Shown: positions 47,414 through 56,117 of the stretch, piece after piece
Layout of the letters: each line of letters begins with the position of its first letter
How positions within the stretch are numbered: position 1 is the first letter of the stretch
NCBI GenBank assembly: GCA_964597665.1
Contig: CAZQYX010000006.1
Coordinates: forward strand, 1,575 to 65,574
DNA from: an uncultured Candidatus Peribacteria bacterium
Lineage (GTDB): Bacteria; Patescibacteriota; Gracilibacteria; Peribacterales; Peribacteraceae
DNA length: 64,000 nt
Direction: 5' to 3'
The notes under the pieces: generated by a model
The model's database searches: none
Told to the model about the DNA's origin: nothing
What the model saw: the letters and a program-made list of their open reading frames with translations, nothing else
Position numbers and translations under genes: made by a program

Positions 47414-47510
47414 AGAAGTAAGTAGTATGTAGTAAGAAGTAAGAATAATAGGGGAAAACTTTGATGAGTTGCAGCAACATTCGTACTACTTGCTTCTTAC
47501 TACTTACTTC
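47414..47510. repeat. Family C composite hairpin, copy C2, between the ABC ATPase and the first permease
   Basis: GAGAAGTAAGTAGTATGTAGTAAGAAGTAAGAA ... TTCGTACTACTTGCTTCTTACTACTTACTTC; shares the 19-mer AGTATGTAGTAAGAAGTAA with C1; the right arm covers the ATPase stop codon. Confidence 0.82.
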
Positions 47511-48235
47511 AAAGTCTCCTTCTGTCCCGCGATCACCCTCTTAAAATCACTTGAGTCACTCACGATACGGCCGTCTTTGATATGGATGATGCGACTTGCG
47601 TGCTCTGCCGTTGTTCTTTCATGGGTCACCAGAATGATGGTATGGCCCTGATCATTGAGTTTCTGAAGCACCTCCATGACGGCAACTCCCGAAGCGGAGT
47701 CGAGGTTTCCGGTCGGCTCATCGGCAAAGATAATATCCGGATTCGTCACGAGAGCGCGCGCGATGGCAACTCGTTGCTTCTGGCCACCGCTCAGCTGACT
47801 ACTGAGGAATTCTTTCCGATCAGAAAGCCCTACAAGAGCGATCGCCTTCAGTGAGCGTTCCTCACGCTCCGATACGGGAATCGTCGGATGATAGAGGAGC
47901 GGAAGCAGAACATTCTGGAGAACGGTCGTGCGCGGCAAAAGATTGAATGCCTGAAAAACGAAACTCACTCTGGTTGCTCGGATCCTCGCCAATGCATCAT
48001 CGGTAAGATCTTTGGTCGGTTCTCCCTGAAAGAGATAGTCACCGGACGTGTGGGAATCGAGAAACCCCAGAATGTGCATCAGCGTGGATTTTCCGGAACC
48101 CGAAGGACCCATGATCGCGACGAATTCACCGCGCAAGATGCTCAGATTGATATCGAAGAGCACCGGGGTGACAACACCGTCACTCTCGTACGATTTGAAC
48201 AGTGCGCGGGTCTCGATAAGTGAAGATTGTGACAT
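47504..48235 (-). CDS. ABC transporter ATP-binding protein (MacB/LolD type)
   Basis: [10 protein letters not shown] Walker [16 protein letters not shown] signature, [12 protein letters not shown] Walker B. Confidence 0.93.
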   Translation of the reverse strand: MSQSSLIETRALFKSYESDGVVTPVLFDINLSILRGEFVAIMGPSGSGKSTLMHILGFLDSHTSGDYLFQGEPTKDLTDDALARIRATRVSFVFQAFNLLPRTTVLQNVLLPLLYHPTIPVSEREERSLKAIALVGLSDRKEFLSSQLSGGQKQRVAIARALVTNPDIIFADEPTGNLDSASGVAVMEVLQKLNDQGHTIILVTHERTTAEHASRIIHIKDGRIVSDSSDFKRVIAGQKETLK

Positions 48236-48238
48236 GCT

Positions 48239-50014
48239 TCATTCTTTGATCAGAATAACGACCGTCTCTCCTTCATTCACTCCCGTTACTTCTATGTTTC
48301 CTCCCTCTCCTTCCATGCCTGCAGTGACCGGACGCTCTTCAAGTGTTTTGCCGTCTGCGGCAAGAATACGAACAAAATTTGGCCCACCTTCTCGCTCGAG
48401 AACGGCACGGAACGGCACACTGATAACATCGGCACGAAAGCCGGTGATGATCTCTCCGTCTCCGGTCATGCCGATCTTCAAGTCGTCATGAGCCTCCGTA
48501 AAATCGAGCTTGATACGATATTTCGATACCCCGTCTTTGTCCGTTGCCGCAGAATCGATGTCGCTGACAACGAGATGAAGCGGCTTACTGGGAAAGGCAT
48601 CGAGGAGAATGGATCCGCTCTGTCCAAACTGCACTCTGGGAATATCGACTTCGGAAACGAACATCTCGACCCGGTAAGGGGATTCCCCCAGCATCTCGAC
48701 CGACGCATCGGAAGAAGGACGCATCACACCCGTCTTCACATGCACCTTCGTAATGACACCGGAGACCGGTGCCGTAAGAATGGTGTCTGCAAATTGTGAC
48801 GCAGCCCGGGATAGTTCCGCCTGTGCCTGACGAACTCTTGCGAGAGCGGCATCGATATCGGTCTTGCGTGCAGGCGCCTTCTTCAGTTCCAGCTGGGCCT
48901 TGTCGATCTGGAGCGATGTCTCGTACGTGAGAATATCCGCCTTCGCACGATCTCTTGTGCCTATAAGCGTACTAATCTCTCCCTCCTGCGCTGCAATTCT
49001 CGTCGCATAGACGGCCGAGGCATCGCGAAGAGACTTCGATGCTGCATCGAGAGACGAGAGTGCAGACTGCACATTGCTTTTCTGAGTCGCAATCGTCGTC
49101 TTGTTTGTTTCCTTCGACGTATTCGTAAAATATGCGGTAAGCGGAAGAGCTGAAAGAATGTCGTAGGCGCGACTGACGATATCCGTACTTGCAAAAAGTT
49201 GCTGACGGGCAAGATCGAAACCTCGGAGTGCACTCTGGTATTCCGTCACCGAGAGCGTTGTCTGCAGCGATGAAATTGCAGACAATGTTGAAGAAAGATT
49301 CATCTGCATCGTGTCGTATCCTGTCGGATTCCCTTTCACGACCGCATCCTGCACATCATTGGCATTGAAGACTCCCTGCGTTGCAAGGAGTGCGGTTTTC
49401 GCTGACGCAAGATACTGTGCAATGGTGCTGCTTGCGGTACTCACCTGACCCGAAAGACTGATACTTGCCTCGCTCTTCAGTGCTACCAGCTGTGACTCGG
49501 ATGTCAGCAGATTATCCTTCGAATTCTGCAGCGTTTGCTTCGCTGCATCCAGAGACGCCTGCTTATTGGCAACCTGCGCCTCTGCGATAGCGATGTCTTC
49601 GGGTCTGGATCCTTCAAGCAATTGATCGAGCTGAGCCTGAGCTGAAGCTCTTCCTGCACTTGCAGCCGCAACACTTGCTGCAAGGCTGCCGGAACGCAAC
49701 GAGGCAAGCTTCTGACCCGCTTTCACACTATCCCCTTCTTTGACATACACACCCGAGACGATATCCAGAATAGGAAATTGCAAGGCAAGATCTTTCTCGG
49801 AAATCACAGTGCCAACGGCTTCGACGGTCTGACGTAGATCTCCGCGCTCAGCAGTTGCAGTGACGTACACGGGCTGCTTCGGTCGTGAAACCGCAATAAC
49901 AATCCATGCAAGCAGCAGAAGCAGAACCATCGCAATGGTCGCCTTCAGATGACTGCGAAGAAAGCGCAGGGAAAGACGTATTTTTTCGTAGGCGGAGGAG
50001 AGGAGAAGATGCAT
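48239..50014 (-). CDS. HlyD-type periplasmic adaptor / membrane-fusion protein with very long coiled-coil hairpin
   Basis: N-terminal TM, GDSVKAGQKLASL lipoyl-like motif, about 300 aa Ala/Gln/Leu-rich coiled coil, C-terminal beta-barrel; 3 nt upstream of the ATPase gene. Confidence 0.75.
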   Translation of the reverse strand: MHLLLSSAYEKIRLSLRFLRSHLKATIAMVLLLLLAWIVIAVSRPKQPVYVTATAERGDLRQTVEAVGTVISEKDLALQFPILDIVSGVYVKEGDSVKAGQKLASLRSGSLAASVAAASAGRASAQAQLDQLLEGSRPEDIAIAEAQVANKQASLDAAKQTLQNSKDNLLTSESQLVALKSEASISLSGQVSTASSTIAQYLASAKTALLATQGVFNANDVQDAVVKGNPTGYDTMQMNLSSTLSAISSLQTTLSVTEYQSALRGFDLARQQLFASTDIVSRAYDILSALPLTAYFTNTSKETNKTTIATQKSNVQSALSSLDAASKSLRDASAVYATRIAAQEGEISTLIGTRDRAKADILTYETSLQIDKAQLELKKAPARKTDIDAALARVRQAQAELSRAASQFADTILTAPVSGVITKVHVKTGVMRPSSDASVEMLGESPYRVEMFVSEVDIPRVQFGQSGSILLDAFPSKPLHLVVSDIDSAATDKDGVSKYRIKLDFTEAHDDLKIGMTGDGEIITGFRADVISVPFRAVLEREGGPNFVRILAADGKTLEERPVTAGMEGEGGNIEVTGVNEGETVVILIKE

Positions 50015-50095
50015 GAATTGAAGACGAAGAAAGTGCGGAATTATTACAATAGAACTATAAATTAATTATAACTGTATGTCAATATGTTTCATGGC

Positions 50096-50914
50096 TTACA
50101 CAAGAGCTTTCAATGCTTCATCGATGGCTTCGTTCACTGGCCTCATCGTCACCCCTTCCAGCGTCAATTTTTGAGAGGAAAGGATACAATTACTGCGTCC
50201 CGCTCTCACGACATCACCGAGATTGTCGATTGGCAAACGCTCGAAGCGATGCTTCGGGTCGACGATCTCCCTATAGCGCACCATGATCTGATAGGGCGAT
50301 ACGCTACCCGGATTCACGACGTTATAGATTCCTGTTCTCCTCTTCGAAACAAGGAGAGCGAGCGCCGAGAGAAAATCAGGCAGATACGTGAGCGAGTTCT
50401 GGCTCTCTAGAACCTTTGTGTACTTCCTGAGCTTACTGATGAGACTCCTTGGGTGAGATGTTCCGTCGAACGGCATGCGGAGCCTAAGCTGCAGCACGGG
50501 GAAATCCTTCAGGATTTGATCGATCCAGAGCTTGCTTCTGGAGTAGAAACTTCCGGAGAAATTCGGGGGATCTTCTTCGGTGAATCCTCTGCCGTCGTTA
50601 TCACCCTCATAGGTGCAACCGGAGCCGATATGAACCCAGTAGATGTTTCTTTTGGCGCATGCGTCGAGAAGATTCAGCGGGCCCTGCACATTGCTAAGAA
50701 TCGTCTCGAGTTTGTGTTCTTCACACCAATCAACATTGGGCTTCCCAGTCTTTCCTGCTGCATTGATGACGATGTCAGGCTTTTCAAGATCAAGGATGTT
50801 TCCAACTGCGACGACATCGCAAATATCGACTTCGGGAAAAACCGCATTCGGATAGACCGTTTTCAGATGCCCTGCAATGTATCCCCTGCCGCCGAAAATG
50901 AGGACCTTGTCCAT
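50096..50914 (-). CDS. NAD-dependent epimerase/reductase (RmlD / dTDP-4-dehydrorhamnose-reductase-like)
   Basis: IFGGRGYIAG Rossmann motif, YSRSK catalytic YxxxK; start trimmed to MDKVLIF. Confidence 0.72.
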   Translation of the reverse strand: MDKVLIFGGRGYIAGHLKTVYPNAVFPEVDICDVVAVGNILDLEKPDIVINAAGKTGKPNVDWCEEHKLETILSNVQGPLNLLDACAKRNIYWVHIGSGCTYEGDNDGRGFTEEDPPNFSGSFYSRSKLWIDQILKDFPVLQLRLRMPFDGTSHPRSLISKLRKYTKVLESQNSLTYLPDFLSALALLVSKRRTGIYNVVNPGSVSPYQIMVRYREIVDPKHRFERLPIDNLGDVVRAGRSNCILSSQKLTLEGVTMRPVNEAIDEALKALV

Positions 50915-50964
50915 GCGTGAATAGTAGCACAGATGAGAATGAAGAAACGCGATACACTCTCTGT

Positions 50965-51513
50965 ATGACACTGCCACCCTTTCGAATCGAACAAACAAAA
51001 AACCGATCATCGCGAGCGACAATCAGGGATGGGGTTGTACTGATTCGCCTTGCGCGGAATTTGCCGAAGCATGAGGAAGCGCGTCATATCGAGATTCTTC
51101 TCAAGCGGATGAAGAAAGCCTTTCTGAAAGAACAGACAAGAACGCTGATCGATCCTTTTGCAGAATTTCCCGCTGGTGATCGGCGTCTGCTCTGGCGACA
51201 ACTTGCGAAGTCAGTCGAGCCGTCCGTCTCTACACTTGTGCGGAAAATCAATGAAGAAACGATCAAAGCAGATATCAAGAGCGTCACACTCAAACTGATG
51301 CGCTCGAGGTGGGGCAGTTGCGGTCGGAAGGGACAAATCGCACTCTCAACTCCTTTACTGCTGACGAGTCCCGAGATTCTCCGGTATGTCATCATCCATG
51401 AGCTCTGCCATATCCCGCATCCGAATCACTCGAAAAAGTTTTGGGAAACAGTGGAGCGGTTTGAACCGGAGTATCGCTTGAGGGTGAAGGAGCTGCTGAG
51501 GTACAAGCTGTAA
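50965..51513 (+). CDS. YgjP-like (DUF45/M48-type) metal-dependent hydrolase
   Basis: WGSC...IIHELCHIPHPNHSKKFW HExxH motif typical of DUF45. Confidence 0.78.
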   Translation: MTLPPFRIEQTKNRSSRATIRDGVVLIRLARNLPKHEEARHIEILLKRMKKAFLKEQTRTLIDPFAEFPAGDRRLLWRQLAKSVEPSVSTLVRKINEETIKADIKSVTLKLMRSRWGSCGRKGQIALSTPLLLTSPEILRYVIIHELCHIPHPNHSKKFWETVERFEPEYRLRVKELLRYKL

Positions 51514-51528
51514 AGATAAGAAATAAAA

Positions 51529-51588
51529 GTTGGGTAGGTTTGGTAGGTGGGGTAGGTAAAACTTACCAAACCTACCCTACCTACCACA
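51529..51588. repeat. Family A composite hairpin with minimal loop, copy A7
   Basis: GTTGGGTAGGTTTGGTAGGTGGGGTAGGTAAAA CTTACCAAACCTACCCTACCTACCACAC; the ORF-track N-terminus of ftsK (MVGGVGKTYQTYPTYH) is a translation of it. Confidence 0.85.
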
Positions 51589-51647
51589 CAATTCGAACGT
51601 CCTTATCATCTACCGAATCTCCCCTCTCTGAGCTACACTCTTCCCCG

Positions 51648-53885
51648 ATGCCAAAAGTCCGACGGAAAGCCACACTTCGGAGACGACGCACCAAGCGAAA
51701 AGCCAAACCGCTCTTCGTGCTTGAAGAACACACAAGTAGACAAGTGAAAGCGGTGCTTGCAATCGGTTGCGGACTCGTTCTCTTCCTCGCGCTTCGGGGG
51801 AATGCCGGAGCGATGGGACTTGCGATCGGGCGGATTTTAACGTTTCTCTTCGGAGCATGGAACGTTCTGTTCCCTGCGATGCTCGTTGCTCTCGGATGTC
51901 TCCTTATGATCGGCACATCTCCGAATATCGAGACCAAACGGACGGTAGGCCTTCTCCTGTGTCTTGGGTCGTTTCTCGGAGTGGTTACCCTCTGGTCACC
52001 CGCAATCGACATGGCGGAGCACAGGAATGAACTCGGAGGAGCGGTCGGCTTCATGGTGGCATTCCCGTTCGTCGCATTCTTCAGTAAAGGAGCAGGCTAC
52101 ATCATGCTAACGGTGACATTCCTCGTCGGGCTCTTCGTGACGTTCGAACCCGATCTTCCGGCGATGATGAGAAGCCTGATGTCTCCGAAGAAAGAGCTGC
52201 GGTCGGTACGAGCAAGGAAGGACGATGAACAGGAGGACGACGAGGAAGATTTTGAGGAGGATGAAGATGAGCTCGAAGATCTCATTGAGAAGGGTGCGAA
52301 AGAAGAGGACTTAAATATTGTGCGACCGGAATTTGCAAAACCTTTCGAGGAGAAGAAGAAGGATGAACCGAAGGCAAAAGCCAAAACCAGTGGAATGCTG
52401 GAAATGAAGAACACACGCTTTGAGGAATGGAAATTCCCCGAATTGGATTTGCTCGATTCACGCAGGAGCACGCTCACCGTCAACGACGAGGAGCTCAAGC
52501 GCCAGGCCGCGCGCATCAAAGAGAAACTCGCCGAGTTCGAAGTAGACGTGACGATGAAAGACGCTCACCCGGGTCCGACCGTCACGCAGTTCACGTTGCA
52601 ACCGGCAGAGGGCATCCGCCTCAGTAAGATCGAAAACCTCAAAGACGATCTCGCACTCGCACTCGCAGCGCAGAGCCTGAGGATCGAAGCGCCGATTCCT
52701 GGGAAATCGCTCGTCGGCATCGAGATGCCGAATGAGAAGCGATCGACGGTCTACTTAAAGGAACTTCTGGAGTCACAGGTTTTCCGCCAGTCCGAGTCCC
52801 CTCTGACGATCCCGCTCGGTCGCGGTGTCAGCGGCGATGCGATCGTTGCAACCATTGAGGACATGCCGCACCTCCTCATCGCAGGAGCAACCGGTTCAGG
52901 CAAATCCGTTGCGATGAACACGTTCCTGATCTCCCTGCTGTTCCAGAACGCACCTCATGAACTGAAACTGATCCTCATCGACCCGAAGCGCGTCGAGCTG
53001 ATGCCCTACAACGGCATCCCTCATCTTCTGACACCCGTCATCACCGAATCCGAGAAAGCGCTCCAAGCACTGCGTTGGGCCATTGCAGAAATGGGTCGCA
53101 GACTGCACCGGTTCTCTGAGAATGGTGTGAAGAATCTTGCGGAATATAACGAGAAGCAGACGGATGAAGAGAAGAAGCTCGCACGCATTGTCATCGTCGT
53201 CGACGAGCTTGCCGACCTCATGATGCGGCAGCACAGAAAAGACACCGAAACGATGATCGCACGCATCGCCCAGATGGCGCGTGCCGTCGGCATGCACCTT
53301 ATCATTGCAACACAGCGACCGAGCGTGGATGTCATCACGGGTCTCATCAAAGCGAATATCCCCACCCGCATCGCGTTCCGTGTCGTCAGCTCCATCGACT
53401 CGAGAACCATCATCGACAGCATCGGTGCGGAAGATTTGCTCGGCAAAGGCGACATGCTCCTCATGACTGCAACAACGGCAAAGCCCGTTCGCATTCAAGG
53501 CATCTTCATCTCCACGAAGGAGATCGAACGCATCATCAATTCGGTAAAAGTTGCCGGAGGAGGAATGCTTACGGAAGAGATTACCTTCGGTGAAGGAGAC
53601 GAACCGGGAGGGCAGGACAATGAAGACGGAGACAACTCAGGCACACACGGGATGATCGATCTCGATCAGGACGATAACGGTGGTGATGATCTCTTCTTCG
53701 AAGCAGTCAGAGTTGTGCAAGAGACAGGCAAAGCGTCTGCAAGCCTTCTCCAGAGACATTTGAAAGTCGGCTACGCACGTGCTGCACGCCTCCTCGATAT
53801 CATGGAAGAGAAGGGAGTTGTCGGTCCTGTGGATGGCGCAAAAGCACGAAAGGTGTTCATTGACAAAATGGCAGGGAGTGAGTAA
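51648..53885 (+). CDS. ftsK: DNA translocase FtsK/SpoIIIE
   Basis: N-terminal TM helices, acidic linker, AGATGSGKSV Walker A, VIVVDELADLMM, C-terminal gamma winged helix ASASLLQRHLKVGYARAARLLDIMEEKG. Confidence 0.9.
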   Translation: MPKVRRKATLRRRRTKRKAKPLFVLEEHTSRQVKAVLAIGCGLVLFLALRGNAGAMGLAIGRILTFLFGAWNVLFPAMLVALGCLLMIGTSPNIETKRTVGLLLCLGSFLGVVTLWSPAIDMAEHRNELGGAVGFMVAFPFVAFFSKGAGYIMLTVTFLVGLFVTFEPDLPAMMRSLMSPKKELRSVRARKDDEQEDDEEDFEEDEDELEDLIEKGAKEEDLNIVRPEFAKPFEEKKKDEPKAKAKTSGMLEMKNTRFEEWKFPELDLLDSRRSTLTVNDEELKRQAARIKEKLAEFEVDVTMKDAHPGPTVTQFTLQPAEGIRLSKIENLKDDLALALAAQSLRIEAPIPGKSLVGIEMPNEKRSTVYLKELLESQVFRQSESPLTIPLGRGVSGDAIVATIEDMPHLLIAGATGSGKSVAMNTFLISLLFQNAPHELKLILIDPKRVELMPYNGIPHLLTPVITESEKALQALRWAIAEMGRRLHRFSENGVKNLAEYNEKQTDEEKKLARIVIVVDELADLMMRQHRKDTETMIARIAQMARAVGMHLIIATQRPSVDVITGLIKANIPTRIAFRVVSSIDSRTIIDSIGAEDLLGKGDMLLMTATTAKPVRIQGIFISTKEIERIINSVKVAGGGMLTEEITFGEGDEPGGQDNEDGDNSGTHGMIDLDQDDNGGDDLFFEAVRVVQETGKASASLLQRHLKVGYARAARLLDIMEEKGVVGPVDGAKARKVFIDKMAGSE

Positions 53886-53924
53886 AGTATAGCGTCTTTT
53901 GACGCAACTTTTCCGTTCCTCCAC

Positions 53925-54203
53925 TTGTTCCATTATCAAAGAGAACCACTGAACGCATTTGAATTACATGACCTCCATGATGGACCGGATGATCATGATG
54001 ATAGCCATGAGCGTGATTTAATTGATGAGACGGATGGCTTGCCCCCTGGCGCACGTATTCAGTATGAATTTTATCGTAATAGAGGAAGGCTTCTCGATAG
54101 TTTGCTTGCAGAACAGGATCAACCTATGGAAGAGGTATTACATTTTGTGCTGGAAAGTAGAGTTGAAAATAAAGAAAAAAAGCGTGATCATTTTGCTGCA
54201 TAA
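53925..54203 (+). CDS. Possible acidic His/Asp-rich small protein (TTG start, weak)
   Basis: 92-aa ORF in an AT-rich islet; HDLHDGPDDHDDSHERD; no homology evidence. Confidence 0.25.
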   Translation: MFHYQREPLNAFELHDLHDGPDDHDDSHERDLIDETDGLPPGARIQYEFYRNRGRLLDSLLAEQDQPMEEVLHFVLESRVENKEKKRDHFAA

Positions 54204-54276
54204 TTTCCACTCCCCAACATACTTGCTTTATATTTTTTAATGATTATAATGCTATTCTATTGTTTTCCGCGAATCT

Positions 54277-54480
54277 ATGGCTCAATTAGAATTAAGTGAC
54301 TCAAAAAAATGCCTTTCATCTGAACAGATTGTTTTTCATGAAGAACCGGTCATTTGTAAAAATACCAAACTGCTGATTGGATTACAGCGGACACAGAGTC
54401 GAAATGCAGCCGCTAATTTTGCTCTCGAAGAAGATGCAACAGAACCCCGAGTTGCTTTTGATGGAAGTGATCTGGATTGA
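54277..54480 (+). CDS. Possible 67-aa protein (weak)
   Basis: ATG-initiated ORF in the same AT-rich islet; no homology evidence. Confidence 0.25.
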   Translation: MAQLELSDSKKCLSSEQIVFHEEPVICKNTKLLIGLQRTQSRNAAANFALEEDATEPRVAFDGSDLD

Positions 54481-54557
54481 GATGAGTGCATTGACAAGAC
54501 GAGAGGTGATGCGTAGCCTGATCGCGATTTTTTTTCATCCTTTAGAACAATATCAGC

Positions 54558-54821
54558 ATGAATACAGCACCAAATCACCATGATCATGATCAGGCACATG
54601 CGAAACTCATAGGACCTCATCATCCTGCAAGCCAACATATTGATGCGGCTCATCGCCCTCCCCATCATGCAATTACTCTGCAACTGCAAGAGGCAGTTGA
54701 AACGCTCGATCAAGAATCGGGCGGATTAATGGGAATCGGCGACTCGCGTTCTCTTGGAAAATTTGAACCGAAGCAAGAAAAACCGAAACAAAAAATGAAT
54801 GATATGCGCACTATTCATTGA
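54558..54821 (+). CDS. Possible His-rich 87-aa protein (weak)
   Basis: MNTAPNHHDHDQAHAKLIGPHHPASQHIDAAHRPPHH...; 13 His in the first 40 aa; no homology evidence. Confidence 0.3.
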   Translation: MNTAPNHHDHDQAHAKLIGPHHPASQHIDAAHRPPHHAITLQLQEAVETLDQESGGLMGIGDSRSLGKFEPKQEKPKQKMNDMRTIH

Positions 54822-54850
54822 ATTGCAGGAATCTACGGTACCATCTGCGC

Positions 54851-55450
54851 ATGAAACTTCTCCTTGGAACGAACAATCAGGGCAAGATTATCGAGATGAC
54901 GGAAGTACTGTCGGGACTACCCATTGAACTCCTGACTCCGAAAGACCTTGATCTGAAAAGCGACCCGGAAGAAACAGGAACAACATTTCGCGAGAATGCT
55001 CTCCTGAAGGCACGACATTTCTTTGAGCAAGCGAAGCTACCGACACTCGCTGATGACTCTGGCATCATCGTTGATGCGCTTGAAAACGAACTCGGCGTCT
55101 TCACGCGTCGTTGGGGGGCCGGGCCGGAGGCGAGCGATGCGGAGTGGATTGCGCACTTTTTAGAGCGCATGCGATCAGAGAAAAATAAGAGAGCACGCTT
55201 CGTCTGCTGCCTGAGCTTCATTGATCAGGATGGATCTGAGCACGTCTTCGAAGGATCCTGCGATGGTAGGATCACCAAAACGCTGGAGGCTTCCTATCTA
55301 CCGGGACTCCCGATCTCTGCATGCTTCATGCCGGATGGCTTTGAATGCGTCTATTCAGCAATGAATATTGAACAAAAAAATAGTACAAGTCATCGGGGAA
55401 AGGCAATGGGGAAGGTACGAAGATTTCTGGAAGGAAAACTCCATCGATAG
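54851..55450 (+). CDS. rdgB: Non-canonical purine NTP pyrophosphatase (RdgB/HAM1)
   Basis: LLLGTNNQGKIIEM, ADDSGI, SHRGKA motifs; start trimmed to MKLLLGT. Confidence 0.9.
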   Translation: MKLLLGTNNQGKIIEMTEVLSGLPIELLTPKDLDLKSDPEETGTTFRENALLKARHFFEQAKLPTLADDSGIIVDALENELGVFTRRWGAGPEASDAEWIAHFLERMRSEKNKRARFVCCLSFIDQDGSEHVFEGSCDGRITKTLEASYLPGLPISACFMPDGFECVYSAMNIEQKNSTSHRGKAMGKVRRFLEGKLHR

Positions 55451-55461
55451 CGCTGGCCTGC

Positions 55462-55980
55462 TCAGTCTCTGACTGCAATATAGGAAAACGGCATACCGCC
55501 TATCAATCGTCCCTTCGTATCAAGAAACACATGCAAATCGGGGAAATCCGGGTGTCTCCATAACGAAACATTCCCGCGGTGGTAGTCGCGACAACTGAAG
55601 GGAATGCGCAGATGCAGATGTCCCCTCCTGTACTCGAACGTATCGGTATTCCACATCACTAAACCTTTGCGAATCGGCTTCCCGGAGATGCACACATTCC
55701 ACACGGGATTACGGGAGCGCACGACTCCGTCTTTGCTGAGACGAAGGATCTTCTGCAAAGAAGTGGGTGAAAAAGTGGAGGCCGCATTGTTGCTCTCATC
55801 AAACTCGTCGGTCCTGAGGGTAGAAGGAACGAAAGGTTTGGAAAGAATAGAGTCTTTCGTGGAAAGCACGGGAAAGGACTCTGCAGATGCAAGAGAAACA
55901 AAGGATATCAATAGGAGCAAGATACCTGAAATAACAAGATATCGAGATGAAGGCCTGAAAGGAAGCGGAGCATGGAACAT
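55462..55980 (-). CDS. Hypothetical secreted protein
   Basis: MFHAPLPFRPSSRYLVISGILLLLISFVSLASA signal; no recognised domain. Confidence 0.5.
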   Translation of the reverse strand: MFHAPLPFRPSSRYLVISGILLLLISFVSLASAESFPVLSTKDSILSKPFVPSTLRTDEFDESNNAASTFSPTSLQKILRLSKDGVVRSRNPVWNVCISGKPIRKGLVMWNTDTFEYRRGHLHLRIPFSCRDYHRGNVSLWRHPDFPDLHVFLDTKGRLIGGMPFSYIAVRD

Positions 55981-56117
55981 CGTGTCGTCCTCAGTACACA
56001 GCATCGCTCATACACTCGAAATGGCAGACTCCTGCACAACCGCGAGAAGGTTATAGAAATGACTTCTTAGAGCCAATAGGTCTGTTCTTTCAGGAGGAAG
56101 AACTACATGGCATCACC

